Source: Guillardia theta CCMP2712 (lineage: Eukaryota > Protista > Cryptophyta). From it: a stretch of 64,000 nucleotides of DNA. Shown piece by piece: positions 1 through 14,187 of this stretch. The stretch is from positions 1,069,012 through 1,133,011 of the forward strand of contig NW_005434673.1 of NCBI RefSeq assembly GCF_000315625.1. The letters are read 5' to 3'. Under the pieces are notes generated by a model. That model did not search any database and was not told the origin of the DNA. It saw only the letters and a list, made by a program, of their open reading frames with translations. Position 1 is the first letter of the stretch. Each line of letters opens with the position of its first letter. The translations under genes were made by a program, and so were the position numbers.

Positions 1-470
<470 letters not shown>

Positions 471-712
471 GAAAGACAGACCAGGGAACTCTGACGGGAG
501 AGGGAAATATCCGAGACGAAGAGAAGGATTGAACTGTCTTTACTTTATACATTGACTCTCTCAAGTACTCTAACTGGAAGACCCCAGCTCCACCCCAGCA
601 GGATCGCAAATAACCCACTCCTCCTCTGTCGTCCTCCGTCTCGAGCTGCTATCGATGTCGGGACTGCTTTCCTCTCTCCCCGTTAATTGAAGGAGGACGA
701 GATAGCGGCTCG

Positions 713-3700
713 TTAGACTGTCGGTTCACTCAAGACGGCAAGAGAGTCGAGAAAAGCCTCAGGTGCCTGTCAGACGTTGATGAGCAAGAATGAGGAGAGT
801 AGCGGCAGGAGGAGGGAAGGGAAGAGGAGCTGGAGTGAGAGTAGCGGCAGAAGCAGGGAAGGGAAGAGGAGGTGGAGTGAGGGTGAGGCAGGAGGAGGGA
901 AGGAAAGAAGAAACACCATCATCTCCGTAGACCCGATGATGATCTCCCTGCATCAAAAGCGTCAGCTGCCAGCCAGCTCGCAAGTTCTTCTGCCTGTTGA
1001 ACTTCGTCGTCATCTCGTAGGCAGCTCGCAGCTCTGAGTACGCGAGCCCTCCAACCACCAGCACGATCAGCCGCGGGCCTGAGCACAACCCTCAGCCCTC
1101 GTGGCCGCACGCCGCTGCTTCCTACCGGCCTTGCTCTTGCTCGCCTCCTTGGGCTCGTCCCGGCGGATCGCAGACTTGTCAGCCCAAGAAGCCTTTGACA
1201 TGTCAGAGGAAGGAAAGCCACGACCACGACCACGAGGACAAGGACGAGGAGTTCGAGGACAAGGACGAGGAGCTAAAGGACGAGCCAGGCAGTCAGTCAC
1301 CTTGTTTCGGGGGTTGCGCGATGGTCCGTTGCTATTTGTCTCGGCCTGGGACTTGGAGGACGTAGGTGCAGTAGTCACGTACTCGTTGGGGTCGAGTTTG
1401 CCTTCCAGAGCATCCTGATCGCAATGATAGTCAAGGAAAAGCAATCAGTGGGGGTAGTAGTCATCAGCAGGAGTAGTAGCAATCAATAGGAGTAGTAGCA
1501 ATCAATAGGAGTAGTAGCAATCAATAGGAGTAGTAGCAATCAATAGGAGTAGTAGCAATCAATAGGAGTAGTAGCAATCAATAGGAGTAGTAGCAATCAG
1601 TAAGAGAGAGGGGGGAGGAAGATAGAAGACCTGGATGATATATTGGAGGGGTGGGCGATATCGAGACAGATCATATCCCACGTCCGTCGCCATCCTATGG
1701 GGTCCTCTTACTTCGCTGCTCCTGCTTCTCACTCCCTCCAGCTCACTTGGGTCTTTTCTTGTCCGAATCAGCCTTGATGAAGGGGAAGAGCTTGGACGCG
1801 GCAGTCATGCCACTGGTCGGCAAGATCAGAAGCAGGAGCAGCGGATGGGCGAGGAGGGACGAGGACGAAGAGCGGGAGACTCAAGGAGGAAGGAGCAGAA
1901 GAGTGAAGGAGGAAGAAGTGGGAGAGTGAAGCAGCAAAGAGGGGAGGGGAAGGAGGGAGAGATCAGACCTGGAGATCATTCCCTTGGGTTTGGCTTGTGC
2001 TTGCTTCAGAGTGACATTGAGGTGCCTGGCAAGCGCATCATCACCACCCCCTGCAGCCTCTCCTCTTCTTCCAACTTGAGATTCTGGACGATCCTCTGGG
2101 CCGAGCTCGTGTTCTAAGAGCACAAGTCACACTCTCAACTTGCCAGCTGAGGCACTGCCCACCTGGAGATGAGCTGAGCTGACCAGCTTGTCAACGTCGG
2201 CCTGGCCGAGCGAACTTCAGTGTTGACAAGGAGACGGGAAGAGCGACAGACCTCACTCAGTCCCTCTTGTGAGATGACGTAGATGAGGATGAGACGTAGC
2301 TTGTCTTTCTCGGAGATGTGCTCGTCCTGTATGGTGGCAGGCGATCACGTCATGGCAGAGCTTCATGTCAACATGCTCTGTCCGAACCTGTAGCACGTTC
2401 ATGACCGACTGCTGGACGGTCTTCAACGCTTTCCCCTGAGCATCTGCTCCTGTCGCCATGTTCTGCTCCTCTGTGGAAATCTGGTGGGGTGAGAGTGAGA
2501 GAGGAGCGAGCACGCAGCGAGGCTCAAAACCTTCTCAAGAAACTTCTGCTCATAAAGGGCCATGCACTAAGGTATCGGTCAGCACCAAGATCGGGCTCGA
2601 GGGAATAGTAAACACCTTCTTTGTAAGATCCATGTGCAGAGAATATTTGGCGAGACGGTCTTTGAACTGAGGCATTGATTTGATAGCCTCGCTGTATGAG
2701 TTTGAGCTGTTGTCCTTGATAATTGCTTCATCCTCTTGCAACTTACCTCAAGTCTCTTAATGATTTTGCTTCTCCTTTCGCCATATTTGCAGCCTATTCA
2801 ACTTTTGTTACCCGTTTCATAAGGGTTCTCTACCGTGCAAAACCTTGTTCTGCTGCACAAAACGATTGAACTCATCAATAACAAAGTTGATCGCGTCTGC
2901 AATATGCATGTGACGCAGCTGCGGGGATTTTTAACTTTTGAATCTTGCACGTCTCGACTAATACCTGGACCCAAAGAGCGTCTGACTCATCTAGTGAAGA
3001 GACTTTCTCAACATCCTCTCCCTGTCGTCATCACTTAGCCAACGGCATCGATGGCATCTCAGGTCACCTTCGCGTTGCTTGTCGTGTACTTGTATTTCGA
3101 ATCCTTCATCTCCATCAGATCATACACCATCGCCTGTATCTCCGTCAAGCCTTCAACCCCAACAAGCAAGCACCTTGCCTGGTAAGTGTATTCGTGCATC
3201 AACGGCGTCAAGGCGTCAAAGCTGAACGAAACGTCAATGTCTGATAACCCTCCTGCCTCCGACCTCCTGTCGACGATCAAGATGTTTGCAGGTTCAGATC
3301 TTTTCGGCTGATGAGCATGTGAGAAACCGAGGCTCATAACAGAGAAAGCTCTTCCACCTGCCACCAACTATTCCCTTCCACGATCTGCTTGTCAAAGTTT
3401 GACTGCCAGGAAACTTCGTAAGGGTGAGAGGGAGCAGACTGAAAAATGCGGACCAGGCTGACTTGCAGAGCTTTCGCTATCTTCTCAACCATGTCAAACT
3501 CAGCACTTGCAGCTTTCTTTGCAAACTTTCTGTCAGCCCGACTGGATCCTCCTCCCTCTTGGTACCTTGTAGGTGATGTTGGGGAACTCCCCCAGTGTGA
3601 CGCACAAGGTCAGCATGCGATCGGCGATAGTGTGAATCTGCGGGAAGGTCAACAGGAGAAAGAGTGGAAAGGAGAGACAGATCTGATGTGGAGGAGAGAG

Positions 3701-4735
3701 GAAAGGATGAAGAGGAGGAGGAGACGGATGTGGAAAGGAAGTGAACTCAAGATTTCACCATGGCGTTCTTAGCTACAGTGACGGGTGAATAGAGTGTACG
3801 GAAGGCATCATGTAGTCCCAGGGAGTAACACTGCATGTCTTCTATCAGAACGTACATCGTTTCATCCGCAGCCCTTACTTGCGATTCGAGAGCAACAAAT
3901 TCGAAATTCAACTGTAAAAGATCCCGTTATTTCAGCCTCGCCAAGGGAGAGGAGAGCTGATGCAAGGTACATACTTCTTTCAACGATTTCGTCCTTTGAA
4001 CAAGTTCATTACACTTGAAAAGAAGTCAGAATAGTGTAAATCATAGCAAACAACAACGGATCTTACTTGTCGCATTGAATAGATCAGGTCGTTTGAGATG
4101 TGCGATGTAAGGTAAATATGCGCTCCGGCATACCTTGAAACACTCGTTACGATACCTCGAACATCCCGAGTTGGAGCCTGCAGCCCTTACATGCTATCTT
4201 GCGCTGACTTGAAATCGTTCTTCACCTGATATCCACTTTATGCACACACCCAATAAAGAAGAATGTAGTTACCTTCTCAATAGAATCCTCATTCGGGTGA
4301 ATGATGTAGATCGCCTGACAACACGTTCCCACTCATCTTCCACACAGGTCATGACCTCACAGACCTGCATGCCCGGCATCGGTTGCCTCCTCCTCTCCAA
4401 GTTCTCCAGCAAAGAAACACCCTCTTCGATAATCTCCATGGTGCGGCAAACTAGAGCGAACATGACTTCCTTTCCTTCATCACAAAGAGACAAACATCTC
4501 ACCAGCACTGATAGTCTTCAGGGTTGGAGTATCTAGAATCAAAACCTGATGTACAACGTCAAGCAGACCGCAAGCACGCGCTTCTGTCCCACCTTCATGC
4601 TGTCTGCCGCCTTCACCTCTCGCACTACAGCAATGATTCGCTGCTTCACGATATCTGCCACCCTCGTCAGCTCGAGCACAGAACGTCTCAGGTGAAGAAG
4701 AGACCTCGGATGGACCCATGGGTTGGGGCCGGCAT
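713..4735 (-). CDS. SEC1: Sec1/Munc18 (SM) family vesicle-fusion protein, multi-exon
   Basis: Exon peptides match SM-family motifs: VLILDTPTLKTIS, MEIIEEGVSLLENLERRRQPMP, DALTPLMHEYTYQAMVYDL, IKSMPQFKDRLAKYSLHMDL, EEQNMATGAD, PRLIVLVVGGLAYSELRAAYE, EIIIGST. Inferred start MPAPTHGSIR|DIVKQRI at 4735; stop TAA at 713-715. Confidence 0.92.
1470..1600. repeat. Intronic 19-bp minisatellite (GGAGTAGTAGCAATCAATA) x about 7
   Basis: Head-to-tail identical units without spacers, inside a Sec1 intron. Confidence 0.95.
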
Positions 4736-5323
4736 TCTTCGATTCCGAAAAGCTGCAGAAAAAGAATGTTGGCGAGCAAGCAAATCCCTTTGACGTGTAC
4801 TTTGTAGCAACAGTGAGTTGCTTCGTCCTGTTCCTTCTCACTCGAGCGCATCAATCAACTTCTTCATCATGCTCATGATATTTCCTATGGTTTCCTCGTT
4901 CCTCCCTCCCCATGCTGACCCACACGATGACATCACGTTCCACGAAAATTTTCACAGCGCCTAGTTTCATGGTACTACTTTCCATTCTGCATCTACCCCC
5001 TGTCGCTCTCGTCCCACAGGTATCAACCTTCCTCCCTCGCTCTTCCTTCTCATCCTTCATCCCTCGCATCCTCGTCCTCGTCCTCCCTGCCCCCGCCATC
5101 GCCCTCTTCCACTATCGCTCGCCAGGTATCGATGCATGAAACTGGAGGAAAACTCTCGTCCAACCTTAGGGTTAGGTGGTCCGTTCTTTAAATACAATAC
5201 CCGGTATTCTGAGTACTAATTAGGGGGTAGGGTAACAGAGGTACCCCTACAATCTTATCACACTACGCCTCCGGTGAGAGTAGCACTGAAGGAGGGGAGG
5301 AGGTACTAGGGGGGTTAAGGGAA

Positions 5324-5432
5324 GGAGGAGCAGGAGGAGCAGGAGGAGCAGGAGGAGCAGGAGGAGCAGGGGCAGCAGGGGCAGCAGGGGCAGCAGGGGC
5401 AGCAGGGGCAGGAGCAGGAGCAGTAGCAGGAG
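5324..5432. repeat. (GGAGCAGGA)/(GGGGCAGCA) 9-mer tandem repeat
   Basis: Directly visible; generates the Pro/Ala-rich part of ORF 5263..5994. Confidence 0.9.
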
Positions 5433-6130
5433 CTGGGTAAGCTGGTAAATGGGGAGAGGCTGATAGGTATTTCATGTAGGAAGGAAGGGGAAGGTCGTCC
5501 CTTGAAACAGATACTTCAGGAGGACAAGCTGCGGTAGGAGAGGGATCTCCAAAGAGACATGAAGCAGGGTGATTGAGATCATTGAGAGGGGCTGGAGGGA
5601 GGACGACAATATGAAAATGATGGAGACGAGGAGAAGGAAGGTAAACTGAATCAGCCCCAGGCGGAACAAAGGGAGGGAGAGGAGCGCATCGCAGCATGAG
5701 GTATCTTTGTGAACATGTGTAAGACTTACTCATCCCCCCCTTCCCCCCGCCTTTCCCTCCCTTCCCTCCCCCGCGTTCGGCCGAGCTTGCGGACATGAGA
5801 GCCTGTCCGCCGGGGTATGGTACCGGCGCGAGATTGAAGCAGCGCGCGATACCCGCATATGCAGAGTGGCATGATGACGGCGCTTTCTGTCTGCAACATG
5901 ATACGATTGAATTCCTCCTCTTTCCCCTCAACCCTCTCCCCTCCTCTCTCACCTCACCTCTCCTTTCCTCTCCTCCCCTCCCCTCTCCTTTCATTCCCGA
6001 TCCCCTCCCCTCTTAACTAATCCTTTGACGACATTTCAGACGTCTTTCCACCTCAAGTGCTTGCTGCATACTTGAAACTAGAGATGTTTGTTCTCTTATA
6101 TACACTCAGCTGCCAGTCTGCTGCTTCCTC

Positions 6131-6937
6131 TCACTCCGCCTTTGCCTTCCTCGTGCGGGGAATCCATGCCTTGTTGCAACATGTCAAATAGTTAGCAGCA
6201 CAGCGCGTCCGCAGCTCACCCACAGCATTGTCGCGCGAATAGGCTCCTTCCCCTGCTCGTGTCTATGTTCAGCGTTCTGCAGCATGCGACGTGCGCGTGC
6301 GAAACCTCCGAGTCCGTGATCTTGACAGGAACGACGAGCTCTCCTTTCTCGCTCTCACGGATCAGCCTCCGCTGCTCCTCATCGAGCGTCGCCACTCCCT
6401 TCAGGTCCCCCTTGGCAACCTTAACATGAGATCAGGTACGGGCAGCAGCCATGCGTCTCACCTTGAGGTACTCCACCGTCATCGACTTGAGGAGGGGGAT
6501 GCAACTGTCGGGGACGTTCATGCCGATCACGGAACCTGTCGCTGTCTCTGCGAGAAGCGCCATGCCGCATGCATGCACCCCTCTTGCACCAATGCGTCAG
6601 CCCCGTTGAGTTTGCGAGGACAAGGAGCTTACTTGATGTGATTTTGAACCCAGAAGCGATTCTTCAGCGATAGAACCTGGGGGTGCAAGGGGATCAGCTT
6701 CCTCCCTGCCGCCAACCTCTCAACGAGTCTGCATACCGAGCTGTGCTCTTCCAGTGCCTCGAACTTGATCCCTGCTGTGCCAGCGAACTTCACCTTTGAC
6801 GGGGTCAGGATGAGCATGAGAGGAGGAAGGCATGCCTGCGAGTTGAAGGCCAAGCTGATCGCCATCGGCTGAAGTGCCGTTGGCACCATCGCCTTCACCT
6901 TCCCCATGAGCCGAGCCAGCGCGTTCTTGCTCGCCAT
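6131..6937 (-). CDS. DUF4442 / PaaI-like hotdog-fold thioesterase, multi-exon
   Basis: Exons give MASKNALARLMGKVK...VKFAGTAGIKFE...LKNRFWVQNHI|GVHACGMALLAETATGSVIGMNVPDSCIPLLKSMTVEYLK|VAKGDLKGVATL...AWIPRTRKAKAE*. NHIxGVHAxxMALLAETATG is the hotdog/DUF4442 signature. Confidence 0.85.
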
Positions 6938-7136
6938 GGTTGTTCGCCAGGAGTTGCAACAATAGGAGGGTAGGGGTATGAGGAAATGTGATTGTGGAGG
7001 TGGGGTAATGATAATACATGGGGTCATTTTCATATCAAATATAAGTAAAAGGGTAGGGTTTGGTATTACAGGTCAGGGGTTTGGACATTCGGGGGTGGGT
7101 AGTAGCATAGAAACTGCAGAAAGCTCTCCGACAGGC

Positions 7137-9237
7137 TCAGAAAGTGATCTCTCTCATCACAATAGCGCCGCCGCTTCTCCGCCTCTCCTCCTCCTCCTCC
7201 TGCACTAGCCCTCCTGCAACCAAGCTCGCCATCGCGTCGTCCATGCTCTGAAACTCCGAGAGAGGAACGATCTTCGATCCGAGCATGACATAGTCCATCT
7301 CAACATGAGCTGGAGCATGGATCCGGATCAGCTTGAACGAGGGTGTAGATAGCATACCTTCGTTCTTCTTTGATGGAGAGTGAGTCCCTTCTCTCTTCAT
7401 CTCGTCCTTCACCAGTCTCAACATCCGGAGTCATCGAAAAAGTCGCATCGGCCTCACCTCGCTGAAATCATCAGGCGTTGAATGTCGATCCTTGGCTGCT
7501 CTCGCGGCAGGGGACCTTTTGAGATCGCGTCATCTCAGAGGTTTTCAGATCAGTCGAACTCACCAGAACTGACTGGAGAAGGACTCTCTAGAGTTGTTCT
7601 TGGCTGCAGCAATCTCTGCTTGCCCGCTGCTTCTGCCGATCTCTCGACTCCTCCTGCTCTCGTCCGAGTTCAAGTTGCGCGGTGTCATGATGGTGAAGTT
7701 TCGGAAAAGAGGTTCTGAATCTCTCCGTGAATCGTCTGTCGCTGTCTCTATCCTCGATCTCGCCGCATCCTCCGCAGCCTGCAGCACAAGCATTTGACCA
7801 TCCATAACACGCTAGTTTGGGATGTCAAGTCACCTGCAGGGAGGACATGGTTTTCTCAGCTCGGCCTTTCCAGAAGGGAGTCCCATCTCGGCATCTGTGG
7901 AACTGGCGTTCAAGTAAGCAAACGACCAAAGCATGGTAGGCTGTCCCACAGGAAAAGGCTTCATCCCATGAAACCTGTCGGAAACGTTCCCTAGTAGATT
8001 GTCGTCGGGGACGTTCGAGGAGTGGAGCAGAGTCGATGAAGGCCCTCGCTCACTCCAAGATTGGCTCAACATCGTTGAGTTTGTCGCAGCTATGGTAAGA
8101 GTAAGAGCTCTCGGCTGCGTCGAAATATGAAGCAGAGAATCGCACCAAGAATTTGTTTTTCAGGGGACGAAATACCTTGCTGAGCAGTGTGATTGCTAGC
8201 TGTCATCACAGGCTTCAAGACATATGATCCGTGTATCCCTGTGCTGCTGGTTTCTTGCTTGTAGCTGGATTCTTGTCTCTTGCTGGATTCTTGTCTGTTG
8301 CTACTTTCTTGAAAACTTGCCGACTTGTTCTTCAAATCAATTGCTACACATCTAAATTAGACAGGTGATAAAACAAAACAAAGTGCTGGTATCTTTACCG
8401 ATTCCGATAGGGTTCCGTACCGCCTGAAGACGCAAAAAAGTAAGAAAGGTTGACTACCAAAGACAATTATGGAACCTCGGATCCTGACAGTCTAGGTGCC
8501 GTGTCAGCTCCCAGGAAACTGCTGTAAGAAGAAGCTTTTCTAAACTCCCTTTCCTCATGACTTGTGAAGCCCGACCCCAATCCGCTAGTGATAGGGAGGT
8601 CTGATCCCCGCTCTGGTCTTCTATTCGAGCTGACGCTGGAGAGTTGTACGGGTGTGTCTGTTGGAATCATCTGGTCGGGGATGAATGGATGACCAAGATT
8701 ATGCTTGCCGTTGGAGTCTTTCGGATCACTGGGGGGCATACGAAAAGAATAATCTGTATGAGACAGTCTCTTGTTGGCTTCGGAGCTGCTTGGATCCGGA
8801 AGGTTTGTCTTCACGACCACATTTCTCATCCTGAAGCTCACTACTGTACATGACACTGGCCGTTGGAACACAACCCTGGTCAACATCTCCCCGCGAGAAG
8901 CGATTGCCTTGATTGTCCACAAGACTTCATGAATCCCCTTGCTGTATAGCTTCTGATCATCGATGGCGATTATCCTATCGCCTATACAGAGACACTGTGA
9001 ATGCTCAGAGTCGAGGAGACTGGGTCTGGCAGCAGACAAGACTAGGCAGGATTCATGTATCTTGTGCGCCTCATCCTGAATGTCTTTGATCGCCGTCACG
9101 ATGGTCCTAGAGCTGCCGCCTTCAGAGGACAAGAAGATCGCGACATTTCTCTTCGTCACGATGGCATCATTGGTGAATGAAACAGGTTCTCTATCCTCGT
9201 TGCTGGTAAGATCGAAGTACAGCCACACCCCAGTCAT
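7137..9237 (-). CDS. Hypothetical protein with possible PDZ-like domain and Ser-rich low-complexity tail
   Basis: 256-aa first ORF contains LCIGDRIIAIDDQKL...HEVLWTIK (PDZ-like GD-I-IDD motif); further minus-strand exons run to 7137. Confidence 0.55.
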
Positions 9238-10928
9238 GACAACCCTGTTCTACGATGATAGATCTTTCTTTCTGAGGAATCTGACCAGGAAGTATGCATG
9301 AAGTTTGATGGGATTCCTTTCAGATTGGTCTGACTCCCTCCTTCCTCTTCTGCTGACTTCTCCTCAACGCTGCTATTTCTTACTCCCACCTTGTTCAATC
9401 CTCGAAATGTTCCTGTGACACAATCGCCATGCCGCCTCAGGCTCGCTCCCCTCCCATCTTCCACCTTCTTCTTCTCCTCTCCACTTCTTCTGAACCTGTT
9501 CTGCTCCTCGTTCACTCCTCCTCCTCCTCCTCTTCCTCCTTCGCTTGTTCGCATCTCCTCCATTGCGATCCCGCCATTCTGACCTTGCCTCCGAATCTAT
9601 TTTCCACCCTACCCGTTTCAAATATACCCCTACCCCCTTAATACTATCTCTACCTACCCATACCCTTGAAACAAGGGCATTTTCCTTTCTGGATTTGCCC
9701 GTACGGGACCACCCATGGAAGCTACCACCCACCACCTAAATTGAGTACCCATGCTGTTATATGCATACTCCTCGGCAATGGCAGTGAGGGACCGAAGGGG
9801 GTAGGGATGGCGCAGGACGAGGAGAAGAAGAGGCGAGAAGAGGACGAAGCAGGGAGAACTTATCGTCGGTAGACGACGATGAAAGACAGGAAGGATATGG
9901 GAAAGGAAGGGTGTTTGAGAAACTATGAAGGAAGTAGGTAGAAAAAAGTGACAAAGCATCTTCATTGCTGTCGTAGTGAAGATAAGAAGAACGATGAGGA
10001 TACATCGTCCAAGTGGCGGGTGGAGTGTGTAAGGCACGTATAATACACGTGGTTTAATTCAGTTCTCTCGCATCGAGGCGGGAGCTCGGATGTTGCCAAG
10101 AAACAATTCGCACAATGCCTGTAGTGCCGTGACGCCCTCAAGCATGAACTGACGACAGGCGATCGAAGACAAGACGAGTATGCCAAAGAGGAGAGCAGAA
10201 AATGTGCAACGACGCAAGATAGAGATCCTTGTGTTCTTGTTGCCAATAAACCTGCACCTGTCGGTAGTTCAAAAAGGTCGAAATGCAAGTTACTGGTGCC
10301 TGCCAGGTTGATGTTGGGAACCTTGAAAAGATTGAGATGATGCTTCGCCAATCTTTCTCCTATCTTCATCATCTATGATTTCTTCTGTTCTCGTCATGCT
10401 TTCCAATGTTGACACCGCAAGCTCCTTTTTCGTCCGACAATCCTTCTAAAGTGCAGGATGTTGCTCTAAAGAGGCCCGAGGAGATGCTCTTCCTCCTCTC
10501 CCTGATCCTGATCCTGATCCTTTCCCAGTCCCCTTCCTCCTCTTCGTCTCCCGCTCCTCTCCTCGCTCCTCTCCTCGCTCCTCTCCTCGCTCCTCTCCTC
10601 GCTCCTCTCCTGTCCTCTCCCAAGGTCACCTGTGTAGTAGTTGCCGTCGTAGACACTTGTAGAGCTGCTCAGTTGTAGAGTAGAGTAGAGAGACGGGTTC
10701 GTTTTTTTTCTTTTAAAAAAATGTCGGACAATAAGTCAAATTTGTGAAACAAACGGACGTCAAGGACAGTTTGACTGGAGGGTTTGAGGATGAGAGGGAG
10801 GGAGCAGGAGGGGCGAGGACGAGGACGAGGACAAGGACAAGGACAAGGACAAGGACAAGGACGAGGGTCAAGATGAGGCGAAGAGGAAGACTTTGAAGAG
10901 ACTTCAAGGAGCCAGGAGAAGCAGCAGG

Positions 10929-13900
10929 ATGCAGTCCTTGCTAGCAAGGAGCATCTTGACTGTGGCCATGGTCGCTCTGTGGTCAGCCATGGCATCAGCG
11001 CAGTGGCGAGGAGGAGGGCTGACCTGGACCAGCAATGGAAATAGCGTGTCCTTCGTGTTTCACGGCTCGTTCGCACGATCGGGGTCGGGCATGGCTGGGT
11101 CTGGACCCAACGGGCAGGTGATGCTGGGGGATGTGGTCCAGCTTGGAGGGCGGGAGCCGTTAGTGTTCGTGCTCGGAGAGGAGGAGGAGGAGATGAGAGG
11201 AGAGGTTAGAGGAATGGACGTGAAGGAGGACACGTTCCAGGTGGTCTGGACGACCATGAAGCAGGTAGATCTCAGCAGTGGCGGTACCATGCCAGCTGCA
11301 GTCCGAGGATGCTGCAGGTTTGCGGGGCTGACATGGCAGGCAGAGACTCCCTTTCAGCTGGCAGTGCAGCTGGACGGAGCGAGGCTGCAAGCTGGGTTCT
11401 CCGGCAGCATTGGGGCGGTAGCGGTGTGGAGAAGTTTCAGTGGGTCGGACCTTGAAGTAAGGATGCGTCCTCCTGGGGTCGGGGTGAGCTCGAGGGCATG
11501 CACTTCCCAGCTGGCGATGAGGTGCCTCGAGGCAGGGAGGTTGGCTGTGTGCACGAAGGGTGGAGAGGTTCCCTTGCTGGAGGACGTGGACTGCTTCCCT
11601 TACTCGCATTGCTTTCCCTCCTTCTGTGCTGGCCAGATGAACGTGAGCAGGAGCGATGCCTTTCTTCGCTTCGCTGGCACAGGCTACGCGGGAGTTGAAG
11701 CAGGAGGAGCGTCATGGACGATGCCGAGCAACATGTCCTGCTACACCACGAAGCTGCAGTCAGGCAGGTGTGAGAGCACAAGGGGATGCTGCTCGACGAA
11801 GAACGGCGACTGCGCCGCTTGCTTCTCGATGCAGGAGGATGGAAGAATCCACGTCCTTGATACGGTAGAGCCAGCGCTCTATGCTCTCTCCTTGGCAGTC
11901 AGTCTGCCGCCTCCTCCTGCATCACGATCTTGTGTGGACTCTCCTCTGCAGTGGACAAGCTCGTCGGGGGTGACTTGCCCTCAGCTCTATGCTCAGGGAC
12001 TTTGCAAGGAGACAGGAAGCGATGGCAGGAGCGCGTATCAGGCTTGTTGCGAGTGCGGAGGAGGGAGCTTTGTCGATGGTTTACCGCCGCCTCCCCTTGT
12101 CGGACTCGACGGGCTCTACGAGTCAAGCGGCTGCAAACTCCCAGCTCAGGTCCAGCTGGTTTGGTGAACTCAGGAAGAGAGTGACGGTTGCGCAGGTGAA
12201 CAAGCCCAACTCGACTTCGACGACCGTCGGGGAGGCGTTTCGATGGAACACTACCGTCTCGATCTCTCCTCGATCCTTCGACGTGGTCATCAGGCTTCAA
12301 GAATTCTCTCGTGCCCTGAACCTCTCTTCTCCTCCCTGCGTCAACGACTCCCTGGACTTCGACGCGAGGATCGAGGGCACTCTCCTGCCGCGGATAGAAG
12401 GGTTTGACATGTCCAACGGCTCCTCCATGTTCGAGCTCCGAGCGTCTCTTCACCGTGTTCTCCTGACCCCGCGCTCAGCTCGTCTTGCCCGCGTCCTCAG
12501 GTCACAGTGTCTGTGCTTGGTTCCTAACGAGAACAGCAGCTTCATCCCTCCCATCGACCAAGAGATCGAGATCCCTTCAAGCTGCCATCCAGAAGACTGC
12601 AAGCTGCTGTCGAGATTTGGAGTCTCGAGCACGCGTGAGATCGCCATGATGTACCTGGGAAGCGGCGGCATTGGTCAGCCCACAAACGTCAGCGACGCAG
12701 CCTCCTCCTCCTCCTCCTCCTCCTCCTCCTCCTCCTCCTCCTTCACCATCACCATTTTTCCTGGACTTGTTGGTTCTTGTGCAAAGGAACAGAAGACCTT
12801 CGCGCCATTGGAGAGGAATGCTTGCGGGTGGGACGGGATCACTGAGAGCGCGTGTGCGAGCATGGGTTGCTGCTGGGACCAGAGCTCGAGAAGCTGCTTC
12901 AGCCGCTCCTACCGCGACGTCTCGTCGTCCGTCTTCCTCCTCCGCTGCAAGAATCAGAGCTTCCTCGCTCCTCTCGCCGCCAACTTGGACATCTCAGGGT
13001 CGTGCGAGTCCTTTGCCGATCAGACAGTGCAAGAGATGAGGGAGCTGGCGCTTGCGAGGGGAGGGGAGGCACCGGATTATGTTAGGAGCGAGTGCGGGGT
13101 CGTGCCTCCTGCCTTGTCAATGCTCGAGTTCCAGGTCGAGGTGCTGGGCCAGGAGGTGCGAAACCTGCACAACAAGGTGACGGGGATGGAAGGGCTCGTT
13201 CCCCTCGACGTCTCGTTCCACCACGGGCTGTCGGGGCAGGCTACAGACGTCATGCAGGTCAACGAAGAGTTCGAGGCGGTGTACCTGGTCCAGGGAACCC
13301 CCAGCTTGCAGGTTCTGTCAGCTGGAGGGTATCCTGGGAACCTCGAGAGCGTGCTGAGCGACGGGAATGCAACCTTCCAATGGCATCACATGCCCAACGT
13401 GATGGAGACCGGGGGGTACACCCAGTGCTTCCAAGGACGGGTACCGGTGACATGTACGGACTACACCGAGGTCTTCTCCTACCTGAGGATGGACTGCTCT
13501 TCTATCAGCCGCTCAGACTGCATTCGTAGCAGCCTCAACTACTCGCTTCCTCCTGACAAGGTCCCGATCGTCCAGGCCTTCCCCTTGAACTCCCTCTTCG
13601 AGGTCTGCTGCCAGTGCGGGGGAGGTATGCGACAAGACCTCTTCACTGACGTCACTTGCCTTCCTGTCGACGTGTTTCCGGATCCTGCTCCCACAATTGC
13701 GATCTCAGGTGCGCCAATCTACATTCCTCCTGCCTTCTGACCCTCCTCCTCCTCCAAGAGCAAACTACCGGCCTGGACGTCCCTTGCAAGAGCTACAATC
13801 TCGGTTATCCCCAGGTCTCAGTGAGCAAATGCAAGCTCCCCGTCCTCCGGGACCCTTGCCGGCCTCCTTTCAACTGTTCATCCGTGCACGTGGACGGGAG

Positions 13901-14133
13901 TTTCAACTACGTGAGCAGGTCTGAGGAGGGAGAGAAGGAGAAGTCTTCATGCTGAGCTGCCTGCAGGATCGAGCAAAATTCCCTGCTAGGTTCTATCGAG
14001 GCTGTGGAAATCATCAGCGGAGGGTTCGGCTGCTCGAGAGGAGGAGAGCTGAGGGCGCGGCCGCTGGGAGGGTTCGGAACTGGCTTCCTTGCCAGGTTCG
14101 ACGTAGCAGAGCCCGGTAATAAGTAGTCTCCTT

Positions 14134-14187
<54 letters not shown>

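Noticed and set aside
1470-1600. 19-bp repeats (and the 18638-19275 array) as CRISPR arrays
   Set aside because: No unique spacers, no cas genes, and both lie in introns of eukaryotic genes.
5166-5176. TTAGGGTTAGG as an interstitial telomere
   Set aside because: Under two units; better explained as part of the G-run promoter island.
5871-5910. Box C/D snoRNA starting at ATGATGA
   Set aside because: No downstream CTGA box D or terminal stem.
5263-5994. 243-aa Pro/Ala-rich ORF
   Set aside because: Largely built from stop-free tandem repeats and purine tracts; no domain support.
10000-10680. Small gene between the PDZ-like and LysM genes
   Set aside because: Plausible exons on both strands but no recognisable motif; strand cannot be assigned.
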